This document shows, piece by piece, positions 38,324-47,831 of a stretch of DNA of 64,000 nucleotides. The position numbers and the translations under genes were made by a program. Position 1 is the stretch's first letter. The number at the start of each line of letters is the position of its first letter. The notes under the pieces were generated by a model that was not told the DNA's origin, did no database searches, and was given only the letters and a program-made list of their open reading frames with translations. The DNA comes from a virus: IMG/VR virus record IMGVR_UViG_3300035698_007174, positions 4,684 to 68,683 of that record; one strand, given 5' to 3'.

Positions 38324-39096
38324 TAAGAGTAATGATACAGGCTAGAATGGGAGCGAGCAGACTGCCAGGGAAAGTTTTACTTCCTTTGATGGGAGAGAAA
38401 AAGGCGTTAGAAGTACTTCTCGAAAGATTGAACTTGCTGAACAATGTGGGACCGGATAATATCTATATATGCACTACCACAAATCCAAAGGATAATGTCC
38501 TGGTTGATCAAATTGCCGAGTTTGGTGACTATAATGTATATCGGGGTGATGAAGATGATGTGATCAACAGAGTGTACGAATGCTGTAAAGAATACAAGTT
38601 TGCCAAGAACGATACAATCATAGAAATCACTGGTGACTGTCCTATCATCTGTCCTTACTTAATTCAGAATTTACTTGACAGATATGATGAGGGTGATTTT
38701 GACTATTTGAGTAATGTGATAACCAGATCTTTCCCTGATGGAATGGACATTCAGATTTATTCATTTAACATCTTTGAGAAAGCTGTTTTTTCTACAACTG
38801 AAATGAAATTTAGGGAACACGTTGGTTGGAATATTTTAAACTTCTCATCTTTCTACCAAGACAAATGTACTTTCAAGATCGGGAATGTTCCGGCAATGTT
38901 CAGATATTTCCATCCTGAGTACAGACTGACATTGGATACCCCTGAAGATTACAAAGTACTGAAAGCGATTTGTGAATACTTCAACAAAATCAATTTCACT
39001 CTGGGGGATGTACTTTCCTATATTGAGAGAAAACCTGAACTTCTCTCTAATTCAAATATCGCAACTAAATTAGCAGGAGTAAGTTATGAAGCATAA
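38320..39096 (+). CDS. Nonulosonate cytidylyltransferase (SpsF/PseF/NeuA-like CMP-sugar synthetase)
   Basis: IQARMGASRLPGKVL, RGDEDDV, ITGDCP, FPDGMD, RLTLDTPEDY. Confidence 0.9.
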   Translation: MIRVMIQARMGASRLPGKVLLPLMGEKKALEVLLERLNLLNNVGPDNIYICTTTNPKDNVLVDQIAEFGDYNVYRGDEDDVINRVYECCKEYKFAKNDTIIEITGDCPIICPYLIQNLLDRYDEGDFDYLSNVITRSFPDGMDIQIYSFNIFEKAVFSTTEMKFREHVGWNILNFSSFYQDKCTFKIGNVPAMFRYFHPEYRLTLDTPEDYKVLKAICEYFNKINFTLGDVLSYIERKPELLSNSNIATKLAGVSYEA

Positions 39097-40072
39097 AGTA
39101 TTACTTGTCGGAGCAGGATCTATTGGAGCTACAAAACCAGATAAGTTCGACTCTCCAACCACAGAACACGCATTGACTCATGCTCACGCTATCTTCAGTG
39201 ATCCACACTTTGAGTTGTCTGGGATTGTTGATACTGATGCAGAAAAAGGACTTGCTGCAGCTATGAAATGGGGAACTGGATATACAGGTGATTTATCTAA
39301 TGGGATTAGAAATACAGAACCAGATGTGATTGTTGTGTCTGTTCCTACTAAATGGCACTATGAGACATTATTAACTATAATAAACCATGAACATCTACCA
39401 AAGCTAGTTATTTGTGAAAAGCCTTTTTGTCAATTTTATGGAACTGGTGTTAGGATAATAGAACAGTTTGAGGAAGCTGGCATTACTTTGATGGTGAACT
39501 ACTCCAGAAGATTCTCCATTTCATTTCAAGGGATTGCCAAATCTATCCGAGAAGGAGATCTTGGGAAAGCTCAAGCAGCGTACTTGGTCTATGAAAGAGG
39601 AATGAAGAGAGATGCTAGTCATGCCATAGACTTGTTCAATTGGTTTTTTGACAATTCATATACAGAAGGAAAAAGACTCGGCAATCATAGCATACATGAT
39701 TTCAGTAAAGAAGACCCAACGGTCTCCGCTTACTTGTCTTATGAAAAGTGTCCGGCTGTTCATCTTATCCCTGTAGATGGTAGGAACTTTTGTGTGTTTG
39801 ATCTGACTATCTTCATGGAGAAAGGAGTCATTTATATCAAGAAATATGGCAAAGATGTATATGGAGCTGAGGTAGTTCCTGAACCTACTTATGGGAATTA
39901 CAATACTTTGGATACTCCAAAGTTGATAGGACATACGGACATAGAAGAAAATCTATTTAATCTGTATAAAAATGTGCATGAAGTTTTGGTAGGAGAAGCA
40001 GATCCGATCTCTCCTGCGTCTGGAGCTGTAGAAGTCAATCGGATATTGGAGGATTTAGCTTCATGGGAGTAA
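39086..40072 (+). CDS. Gfo/Idh/MocA-family NAD(P) oxidoreductase
   Basis: GAGSIG, CEKP, VNYSRRF, SHAIDL. Confidence 0.9.
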   Translation: MKHKVLLVGAGSIGATKPDKFDSPTTEHALTHAHAIFSDPHFELSGIVDTDAEKGLAAAMKWGTGYTGDLSNGIRNTEPDVIVVSVPTKWHYETLLTIINHEHLPKLVICEKPFCQFYGTGVRIIEQFEEAGITLMVNYSRRFSISFQGIAKSIREGDLGKAQAAYLVYERGMKRDASHAIDLFNWFFDNSYTEGKRLGNHSIHDFSKEDPTVSAYLSYEKCPAVHLIPVDGRNFCVFDLTIFMEKGVIYIKKYGKDVYGAEVVPEPTYGNYNTLDTPKLIGHTDIEENLFNLYKNVHEVLVGEADPISPASGAVEVNRILEDLASWE

Positions 40073-40446
40073 AAAGAATTTCTAAGTCAGGCATCGTTCT
40101 CAAGTTCTTAAAAGAAAATCCAACAGCTATCATCAAATATAAGTATGATGTGAAGACTGATCGGGATTTGGTTGCTGTTTATATTGATAAGAAAAAGATA
40201 TTCCGGATTAAGTTTGATTGTTTCAATACAGTTTTGGAAGCACTAATTGTAACGAAAAGAGAAAGTGCTTCTACAATCTATCTAAAGTTAGATCCTGAGT
40301 TTAAGGACTTGAAATTGGTAAATGGTTTTAAGGATTATGATATTGGACCTACCGGAAGACTTGAAGGTGATGCTGAGAGAATAGTTTGCGAAAAAGAAGA
40401 TAAGCAATTTATTGAACATTTTGTAAAGGAGCTTGTATGCATTTAG
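40063..40446 (+). CDS. Hypothetical protein
   Basis: ORF overlapping both neighbours. Confidence 0.55.
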   Translation: MGVKRISKSGIVLKFLKENPTAIIKYKYDVKTDRDLVAVYIDKKKIFRIKFDCFNTVLEALIVTKRESASTIYLKLDPEFKDLKLVNGFKDYDIGPTGRLEGDAERIVCEKEDKQFIEHFVKELVCI

Positions 40447-41756
40447 CTTTACTGGGCGGTAAGAAACTACGAACTAAATTCTTCCCTCCCCAAAAGACCA
40501 TCGGGAAAGAGGAAAAAGAAGCAGTCATCGACTTCTTGAATGATATAGAAGATACTGGAAACATCTTGTCCGGATACAGGGGGAATTGGATTCCTCAGTT
40601 CTGGGGTGGAACAAAAGTTCAGGAGTTAGAGAAAGCTGTTGAGGGGTATCTAAATGCTCCGGACGATGCAGAAGTGTATGCTCTGGCGGTGAACTCCGCT
40701 ACTTCCGGATTGCAGATTGCTTGTGGGGCCATTGGAATAGTTCCTGGGGATGAAGTAATTGTCACTCCTTGGTCTATGAGTTGTTCTGCAACTGCTCCAA
40801 TGTTATATGGTGGTGTCCCTGTGTTTGCTGATATTGAAGCAGACCATTTCTGTTTGGATCTCGCAGCTATTGAAGCTAAGATTACAAACAAGACAAAAGC
40901 GATTATTATAGTTGATCTATTTGGTCAACCTTATGATGTGGAAAAGATAAATGCTATTGCAAAAAAACATGGACTGATTATAATTGAAGATGCTGCTCAA
41001 GCAATTGGATCTACTTACAAAAGTTGTGATGCCGGAACTCTGGGAGACATTGGTGTCTTCTCTTTTACTCAGGGAAAACATTTAACTGCTGGTGAAGGTG
41101 GAATGTTGGTTACTAAAGACCATGATTTGTATATGAAGATGGCATTAATCAGAAACCATGCTGAAGCTGTGATCTCTGCTATGCCAGATGAAGTTCAAAT
41201 TGAGTATTACTGGCAACCAAATATGATTGGTTTTAATATGCGGATGACTGAGATCCAGGCTGTGATTGTAAAGGAACAACTTAAAAAGATATATGATACT
41301 GGAGACTATATTGAATATCGACAACAGAATGCAAATGATATAATGCAGGGGTTGGCAGATCTACCTATGATATGGAGAGCTAAAGTTAGAAAAGAATGTA
41401 CACATTCATATTATGTTCTTCCCTTCTTCTATGATGAGACTAAAATGGACATTCCAATTCCCAGAGATCTATTTATGAGAGCTGTTCGAGCTGAGTTGTC
41501 TGAAGAATTGGGGAGGATTGATCGAGGGGTTCCAATTGGTTGTGGATATATTACACCATTGTATGACCTACCGCTGTTTGCTGCTCGGGTGTTTGATCGA
41601 GAGGACTATCCTGTAGTTGAAGAGTTACATAGAATGGACTTTTGTTTGACTCTTTATCATGCTCTGGATTTGAAAGAGTCGGATATAGCTGATATTGTAA
41701 ATGCCTTTCACAAAGTGTATAAGTACAGAGAGGAGTTGTTAAATTATGGGGTATAA
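40437..41756 (+). CDS. DegT/DnrJ/EryC1/StrS PLP-dependent sugar aminotransferase (PseC role)
   Basis: VNSATSGL, PGDEVIV, EDAAQA, FSFTQGKH (PLP lysine), GEGG, GFNMRM. Confidence 0.93.
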   Translation: MHLALLGGKKLRTKFFPPQKTIGKEEKEAVIDFLNDIEDTGNILSGYRGNWIPQFWGGTKVQELEKAVEGYLNAPDDAEVYALAVNSATSGLQIACGAIGIVPGDEVIVTPWSMSCSATAPMLYGGVPVFADIEADHFCLDLAAIEAKITNKTKAIIIVDLFGQPYDVEKINAIAKKHGLIIIEDAAQAIGSTYKSCDAGTLGDIGVFSFTQGKHLTAGEGGMLVTKDHDLYMKMALIRNHAEAVISAMPDEVQIEYYWQPNMIGFNMRMTEIQAVIVKEQLKKIYDTGDYIEYRQQNANDIMQGLADLPMIWRAKVRKECTHSYYVLPFFYDETKMDIPIPRDLFMRAVRAELSEELGRIDRGVPIGCGYITPLYDLPLFAARVFDREDYPVVEELHRMDFCLTLYHALDLKESDIADIVNAFHKVYKYREELLNYGV

Positions 41757-41955
41757 ATATTTTGTTTCATTTATTGTAGCTGATTGTAATAAAAATAAAG
41801 TTCCTGGGAGAGCTATTATGCACTTTTCATCTAAAATAGAAAATGAAACGCATATAGTTCAAATAGAAGACAGTATACAAGAAATGAATTATAGATCTGT
41901 GAATGTATGTATCACCAACTTTATCTTATTGAAAGAGGAGGACGAATGTATTTAA
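41746..41955 (+). CDS. Hypothetical protein
   Basis: GGAG RBS; low GC. Confidence 0.5.
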   Translation: MGYKYFVSFIVADCNKNKVPGRAIMHFSSKIENETHIVQIEDSIQEMNYRSVNVCITNFILLKEEDECI

Positions 41956-42314
41956 TATGTCCCAATTGTGGAGAAAAAAAGATTGACCAATACCATATGC
42001 CCACTGGAGCCATTTGGTGTACTGCTTGTGGATATACAGCTCCGAGTAAAGAAAACTATAATCCATTTAAACAAACAATAAAATGGAAAGATGCTTTTAT
42101 GGATCTATTATATCTTGCCATGACCCAAGCTGATTTTAGAAATGGAGTAACCGATCATGGCGTGGATGAAGGGAATCTTCAGGCAGCTAGAGAAATGAAC
42201 AGAATATGTACTGTATACTCTGGAGTATCTTCTGGAGAATTCCAGGAATATTTTAATAAAAGACAACAGCATATTTCAGATCCCCAATTATTTAAAAAAA
42301 TCGAAGGAGAATAA
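41907..42314 (+). CDS. Zn-ribbon hypothetical protein
   Basis: CPNCG...CTACG; real start MYLIC after GGAGG. Confidence 0.6.
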   Translation: MYHQLYLIERGGRMYLICPNCGEKKIDQYHMPTGAIWCTACGYTAPSKENYNPFKQTIKWKDAFMDLLYLAMTQADFRNGVTDHGVDEGNLQAAREMNRICTVYSGVSSGEFQEYFNKRQQHISDPQLFKKIEGE

Positions 42315-43133
42315 ATGTATTTAATATGTGAGATAGGATCGAACCATAACAACGATCCAAAGAGAATAGAGAAGTTGATAGCTGAAGCTGCCGAAGTGGG
42401 GTTCAGTGCTGTCAAGTTCCAGTTGTTCAAAGCTGACAAGATGTATAAAGAAGCTGCTGAAGATCTGAGAGAATCAGAATTGGATACCCGTTTCTTTCCT
42501 ATGATTAGAAACTTGTGTACAGATCATAAAATAGAACTAGGCTGTTCTGTGTTCTACCAGGGAGCAATTAAAGAGATAAATGAATATGTGGACTTTTGGA
42601 AGATCAGCTCTTTTGACTTCAAACGAACTAAGTTAATTGAAGCTTGTTTGAAAACCAAGAAACCAATTATCATCTCTCTAGGATTAGCAGGGAACTCAGA
42701 TGTAATCTACATGATGGCTCACTGCGAATCATTCTGTGCTGCGAATAAACTTGATCCAAGAATGATTTCTTTCATGCACTGCAATTCAAAGTATCCCTGT
42801 CCACCAGAGGAAGCGAAACTGAACCGGATTGATTTCTTACGGTATCTGACTGAGAATAGGTATCCAATAGGGTACTCGGATCATACTGCAAATATTATGG
42901 TACTGGCTTTGGCAATGTTTTTGTGCAACGACTCTGCTGTGGAAATACATTATGACTTGGAGGATCTACAAGGAGCTGAAACCAAACATGGACATTGTGC
43001 TTACCGGACCAGAATAGAAGCTGCAGAGTATATTCGGAAAGGATTAAATCAGTCTTTTATCGGTGAATGGAAACCGGATGAAGATATGTTGAAATTATTG
43101 GCTAACGAGAAGACAGGATTTAGAGGAGAATGA
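42315..43133 (+). CDS. neuB: Nonulosonic acid synthase (NeuB/PseI family), lacking the C-terminal SAF domain
   Basis: EIGSNH, AVKFQ, KISS, HCNSKYP, GYSDHT, VEIH; only 272 aa. Confidence 0.9.
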   Translation: MYLICEIGSNHNNDPKRIEKLIAEAAEVGFSAVKFQLFKADKMYKEAAEDLRESELDTRFFPMIRNLCTDHKIELGCSVFYQGAIKEINEYVDFWKISSFDFKRTKLIEACLKTKKPIIISLGLAGNSDVIYMMAHCESFCAANKLDPRMISFMHCNSKYPCPPEEAKLNRIDFLRYLTENRYPIGYSDHTANIMVLALAMFLCNDSAVEIHYDLEDLQGAETKHGHCAYRTRIEAAEYIRKGLNQSFIGEWKPDEDMLKLLANEKTGFRGE

Positions 43134-43134
43134 T

Positions 43135-43473
43135 ATGAAGAAGATTTTTGCGATTTTGCTTATAGCATTACTTATGCTGACAATGGTGTCATGTTCTAAA
43201 ACGATTGAGACTGAGATTACTAAAGTTGAATTTTATGCTGAACATGGTGTATTTTCTTTTGAGGGACTATTTGTTCATGAAGATCAGAAATATGCTTGGC
43301 AGGTCTTTTTTCGCCCACCAGATAGAGAACACCTACAAGCTATATTTGATGGTAGATTTAAACTCGACTTTCTTTTTGAAACAGTGGATGGACAATTGAT
43401 GCTGACTCCTGAGATTATACTTACAAAGAAAAGAGCTGTGGAAGTTAAGGTCACTCCAGGAAAAGTGGTATGA
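43135..43473 (+). CDS. Putative lipoprotein
   Basis: MKKIFAILLIALLMLTMVS-C signal. Confidence 0.65.
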   Translation: MKKIFAILLIALLMLTMVSCSKTIETEITKVEFYAEHGVFSFEGLFVHEDQKYAWQVFFRPPDREHLQAIFDGRFKLDFLFETVDGQLMLTPEIILTKKRAVEVKVTPGKVV

Positions 43474-43658
43474 CTAAAATGCAATGGATTATGGCTGGCA
43501 TAGTTCGGTTTCATAAAGAGATTGAATCTTGGTTTGTGACTGAAGAGGAGCAGCTTAAAGAAATACAAAAAGAAGGAATGAAAAAGATTGATATGACAAA
43601 GTATATGACAAAAGGAGGAAAAAGATATGGAACCAAACTTCTATCCAAAAGAAAGTGA
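43470..43658 (+). CDS. Hypothetical protein
   Basis: ATGA overlap within the operon. Confidence 0.45.
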   Translation: MTKMQWIMAGIVRFHKEIESWFVTEEEQLKEIQKEGMKKIDMTKYMTKGGKRYGTKLLSKRK

Positions 43659-44574
43659 ATTTCTAATTACTGGTGGAACCGGATCTCTCGGGAAGACTTT
43701 AGTGAAACTTCTTCAGAGATATAAACCAAAAGGTATTCGGATTTACTCCAGAGATGAATTGAAACAGTGGAAGTTGAGACAACAGTTTGCAGAGTATGAC
43801 AATATTGCTTATCTCCTCGGTGATGTGCGGGATTACACTAGATTAGAAAGAGCTATGAATGGCGTTGATGTAGTTTTCCATTGTGCAGCTATGAAGCAAG
43901 TTCCGGCTTGTGAGACTGATCCTGAAGAAGCTGTCAAGACAAATATTCATGGGGCTCAAAATGTTATGAATGCTGCAATCAACAACAATGTCAAGGTGGT
44001 GATGAACATCTCAACCGATAAAGCTGTGTATCCCGTGAATTTATATGGAGCAACCAAGATGGCTGCAGAGAAGTTGTTCATCCATGGTAATGTTTACTCG
44101 GGTGACTATGGAACAAAGTTCTCCTGCTGTAGATATGGGAATGTCCTGGGTTCTCGGGGAAGCATTATCCCTCTGTTCTTGGAACAACAGAAGACAGGGG
44201 TAATTACAATCACTCATCCTAAGATGACCAGATTCTTTATCCGGTTGGAAGAGGTTGCTCAGTTTGTAATAAATGCTGCCTACATAACTGATGGTGGACA
44301 GATCTATGTTCCAAAGATGAAAGCTATGAAAGTACTCGATGCTGCAAAAGTGATCGCTCCGAATGCTGCTATCAAACTAATTGGTATTCGACCAGGAGAG
44401 AAACTACATGAGTGTTTGATTACAAAAGAAGAAAGCTATCATGCAACTGAAAAGAAGAATATGTATATCATCGACCAGAATGTAAATACAGGAAATGAGT
44501 TTACTCTGGATAGCAATTCTGTTACTCAATATACCGAAGACGACTTTAGGGAATTGGTCAAGGAGTTTTTCTAA
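43627..44574 (+). CDS. pseB: UDP-GlcNAc 4,6-dehydratase (PseB/FlaA1 type)
   Basis: ITGGTGSLG, YSRDELKQ, AAMKQVP, STDKAV.PVNLYGATK, RYGNVLGSRGS, GIRPGEKLHE. Confidence 0.92.
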   Translation: MEPNFYPKESEFLITGGTGSLGKTLVKLLQRYKPKGIRIYSRDELKQWKLRQQFAEYDNIAYLLGDVRDYTRLERAMNGVDVVFHCAAMKQVPACETDPEEAVKTNIHGAQNVMNAAINNNVKVVMNISTDKAVYPVNLYGATKMAAEKLFIHGNVYSGDYGTKFSCCRYGNVLGSRGSIIPLFLEQQKTGVITITHPKMTRFFIRLEEVAQFVINAAYITDGGQIYVPKMKAMKVLDAAKVIAPNAAIKLIGIRPGEKLHECLITKEESYHATEKKNMYIIDQNVNTGNEFTLDSNSVTQYTEDDFRELVKEFF

Positions 44575-45152
44575 TGTATGAAACAGATAGAATAAAGTTA
44601 GTTCCTTTCAATAGAGAGTTCTTGGAGAATGAAGTTACTGGATATAAAAGATGGTTTCTAAATCCATTGGTAACTGCTCAGAATTCTCATGGACTCTTCC
44701 CGAAGTCAGAAGCAGAGTACGAGATGTTTTTAGAATCGATCGATATAGCTGAAGCAATTGTGTTTGCTATTTTGGTGAAACAGGGAGATGAGATTCCTGC
44801 CTATGTTCATATTGGAAACGTATCTCTTCAGGGTTTTAATTGGATATACCGATCAGCTGAATTTGCTGTGGTACTGGGAGAACCGGACTTTTGGGGAAAG
44901 GGGTATTGTACGGAAGCTACCGAATTGTTGCTGAAGCATGGGTTTGGCAAATTGAACCTCCATCGAATATGGTCCGGAACTGCATCGACCAATGTTGGAA
45001 TGCAAAGAGTATTTGACAAATTGGGGTTTCAAGAAGAAGGAATCTTCAATGATGGAATGTTTCTCAATGGAAGGTATGTCGATATATGTTGTTATTACCT
45101 GTTGGATTGGCAATGGAGTGATTTTTTCCAAAAAAAAGGGAGGGTTAATTGA
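44574..45152 (+). CDS. GNAT (RimL/PseH-like) N-acyltransferase
   Basis: HIGNV, SAEF, FWGKGYCTEA, LNLHRI, KLGFQEEG; coupled to pseB by TAATG. Confidence 0.85.
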   Translation: MYETDRIKLVPFNREFLENEVTGYKRWFLNPLVTAQNSHGLFPKSEAEYEMFLESIDIAEAIVFAILVKQGDEIPAYVHIGNVSLQGFNWIYRSAEFAVVLGEPDFWGKGYCTEATELLLKHGFGKLNLHRIWSGTASTNVGMQRVFDKLGFQEEGIFNDGMFLNGRYVDICCYYLLDWQWSDFFQKKGRVN

Positions 45153-47809
45153 ACGAGATCTATGAAAAAAATATGGACGTTATTAAAAAGATTAGTGCAG
45201 TCTTTTCAAAAGAGCTAGAAGAAGCTCCGACTCCTGATTGGCTGACTCTGGTAAATGCTGACAATGGAAAAAGGAATTTCACTGTCTTCAATGCCGGTAG
45301 AGTTCAAGCAGCTTATGATCAGAAGGATCCGATCAAAGACGTGAAAAAGAGTATAAAGAATTTTACATATCTGAATGGACATTGCTCTATTCTAATTGGA
45401 GTTGGTCTGGGATATACTCTGAATGAAATCTTGAAGAAGAAAGAAAAGAAACACATAGTTGCTGTCATCGAACCAAACTTCTGTTTCTTCCGAGAAGCAT
45501 TTAAGAACTTTGACTTCACCAAGTATTTAGAGAATGGAACTTTGCTTTTGTTCGATGGTAAAAAAGAAAGTACTCCTTCATTCTTTGGGATGATAGAATC
45601 TAAATGGGTAATTCAACAATGGTTTTTGATGGCTGAGAAATATACTTATTTCAAAACTGATCTGTATGCTGACATTGTTCAGAACACAATGGAGATGATC
45701 AACTCAATCCAATGTAATGTTGGAACGGTCATCCATGCAGGAACCACAATAGCAAAGAACGATATTTTGAATGTTCCATATGTCTTCCGGAACACCGGAG
45801 TGGTAGCAGTAAAGGATATGTTCAAAGATGTTCCGGCAGTCCTGGTGAGCACTGGTCCATCTCTTCAAAAGAATATTCATATTCTGCAGGAGAATAAGGA
45901 CAAAGTATTAATCATTGCTGTGGCCCAATGTCTTCGGGTACTGCTAGCATACGACATTGTTCCAGACTTTATTACAACAGTAGATTATGGGAAAACAAAT
46001 GAAGAACACTTTAAGGGTTTATGGGATACTGATACTACTTTGGTCTGTCTCAATCGCACTTATGCTCCTATTCTCAAGCAATGGAAAGGTAGGAAGTTAA
46101 TCACTGTTTCTAAGTATTTAGAGAATGAATCAGTGGTTGGATTAATGCAACACAAAGGGTATTTAGAACAGGGTGGATCAGTTAGCCATCTAAATGTTGG
46201 TTTGGCTCTACATCTTGGCTGCGATCCCATTTGCATCATCGGACAGGATCTCGCTTATGATGGAGAACATTCTCATATTCCATTGGTGGACGCTGGTGGA
46301 AAAATTACTGAGAAAGAAGATGGTACTTTGTCTTGGGATATAAACGACCCGCATAGTCACTTGAAAGGAAAGCCATATGGGATGGGGATGGCTAAAGTTG
46401 TCCCAGGGTATTTTGGAAAACCTGTCAAGACAAATATGGGATTGGCAAGTTTCATCACTTCTTTTGAGCAGATCTTCCTTACTTATAAGGAGGAGCATAC
46501 CTTTATCAATTCAACTGAGGGGGGAGCTTCCATAAAAGGAACTACTCAAATGTCTCTGAAAGATTTCATTGCAGACTACGGTTGTGATTTAGACAAGTCT
46601 TCTATTAAAAAGATTCCTGAGTTTATTGACGATCCCAGGAAATTAGCATTGAGATTGATCAAGGCTTTTAACAAAGAGATTAGAGAACTGTATGAGCTGA
46701 TTAAGTATGCTGAAGATGGTTTGGGTTATAGTGATAAGATCTTGTCTGAAAAAGGTAAGATAGAATTCAAGATGGCTGTTGCAAAGAATCGGGAAATGTC
46801 AAACAAAGCTCACAAGATAGCAGCCACCAATCAGTTGATGGGTATGTGGATCTATGAAGCAAGCAGAGCAATTGAAAGCAGGGAGTTGAAAGTATCAGCT
46901 TCTACAAAGCATTTATTCAAGGACCGGAAAGACTTAGAAACTAGAGTGAAACGGAATCGATTGATTTTGGAAGCTGCCAAAACTGCTGCGGAAGAGATGA
47001 TCGAGTTGTATGAAGAATCTTTGGGGTTGCTGAAAGAATACAGGGATACGGACAGTCCGGACATTCTTGTATCTTACATTTATGAATCTGCTGATCTGCA
47101 GGATATTGACGACTACTTCCATGTTGGGAATTGGGCCCATCCTTATCTCGAAGCAAAAAAACTAATTGAGAACTCAGATGAATATTATGATGGGGATATT
47201 GATTATGCTTATGACATTCGGAAAAAAGCAATTTGGTTGAGATCAGAAGCGACTAGAGAAGCAAAAGAAGCTGGAGACAATTCTGACTTAATCCATTACA
47301 ATCAATTGATCATGGAAGCTCAAGTTTTGGGAAGAGAAGAACGGAACTTTATGGGATCCCTAGAAAAGCTGAAAGAAGCGGAAGTGGTAAACGACAGTGG
47401 TGAAGAAGCCATCTGGGGAATAGGATCTGCTTACTACCAGTTAAAGAAATTTGAAAAAGCTGCAGAGAAATATGAGAAGTTGATTCTTCTCTTTCCGGAA
47501 AACAATCGGTATCAATTTGAATATGGACAAGTACTGCTCAATATAGATATGGCTCGGGGATTGGAAGTACTGCAGAAAGTATTTGAAAAGACTGACGAGT
47601 TTGATTCCTTTCTATTTAGGCTGGCTCAGTTGTATGCAGACTCGGAATTGTTTGAATTATCTCATATCGCAATATGCAAATATCTTGAAAAGTTCCCAGA
47701 CAATATGGAAGCCTGGTTGGTGAAAGCGAAAGTCTTGGAAGAACTGGACCGGATGGAAGAGTACCAAGAAGCAATGGATAAGTACAACAAGATGAAGGGG
47801 GTTTCATGA
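45149..47809 (+). CDS. maf: Maf-family (DUF115/MAF_flag10) protein glycosyltransferase with C-terminal TPR repeats
   Basis: IGVGLGY, VSTGPSLQKN, PDFITTVD, GGSVSH, LGCDPICIIGQDLAY, INSTEGGA; TPR pattern (AIWGIGSAYYQLKKFEKAAEKYEKL...FPEN) in the last ~170 aa. Confidence 0.88.
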   Translation: MNEIYEKNMDVIKKISAVFSKELEEAPTPDWLTLVNADNGKRNFTVFNAGRVQAAYDQKDPIKDVKKSIKNFTYLNGHCSILIGVGLGYTLNEILKKKEKKHIVAVIEPNFCFFREAFKNFDFTKYLENGTLLLFDGKKESTPSFFGMIESKWVIQQWFLMAEKYTYFKTDLYADIVQNTMEMINSIQCNVGTVIHAGTTIAKNDILNVPYVFRNTGVVAVKDMFKDVPAVLVSTGPSLQKNIHILQENKDKVLIIAVAQCLRVLLAYDIVPDFITTVDYGKTNEEHFKGLWDTDTTLVCLNRTYAPILKQWKGRKLITVSKYLENESVVGLMQHKGYLEQGGSVSHLNVGLALHLGCDPICIIGQDLAYDGEHSHIPLVDAGGKITEKEDGTLSWDINDPHSHLKGKPYGMGMAKVVPGYFGKPVKTNMGLASFITSFEQIFLTYKEEHTFINSTEGGASIKGTTQMSLKDFIADYGCDLDKSSIKKIPEFIDDPRKLALRLIKAFNKEIRELYELIKYAEDGLGYSDKILSEKGKIEFKMAVAKNREMSNKAHKIAATNQLMGMWIYEASRAIESRELKVSASTKHLFKDRKDLETRVKRNRLILEAAKTAAEEMIELYEESLGLLKEYRDTDSPDILVSYIYESADLQDIDDYFHVGNWAHPYLEAKKLIENSDEYYDGDIDYAYDIRKKAIWLRSEATREAKEAGDNSDLIHYNQLIMEAQVLGREERNFMGSLEKLKEAEVVNDSGEEAIWGIGSAYYQLKKFEKAAEKYEKLILLFPENNRYQFEYGQVLLNIDMARGLEVLQKVFEKTDEFDSFLFRLAQLYADSELFELSHIAICKYLEKFPDNMEAWLVKAKVLEELDRMEEYQEAMDKYNKMKGVS

Positions 47810-47831
47810 ACTTAGATTTTTTAGATATGAT

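Noticed and set aside
26821-43473. Host assignment (e.g. a spirochaete) from the S-C lipoboxes and Maf
   Set aside because: These features occur in several phyla; the host cannot be assigned without searches or CRISPR spacer matches.
38320-47809. Sugar cluster as flanking host chromosome (prophage boundary)
   Set aside because: Genes overlap phage genes at start/stop codons, are interleaved with small phage-type ORFs, share the TCCGGA signature and are enclosed by phage modules on both sides; no att site or integrase seen.
38320-47809. Sugar cluster as a DNA hypermodification pathway
   Set aside because: No base hydroxymethylase or recognisable DNA glycosyltransferase in the window, and Maf enzymes are known as protein glycosyltransferases; not strictly excluded without nucleoside analysis.
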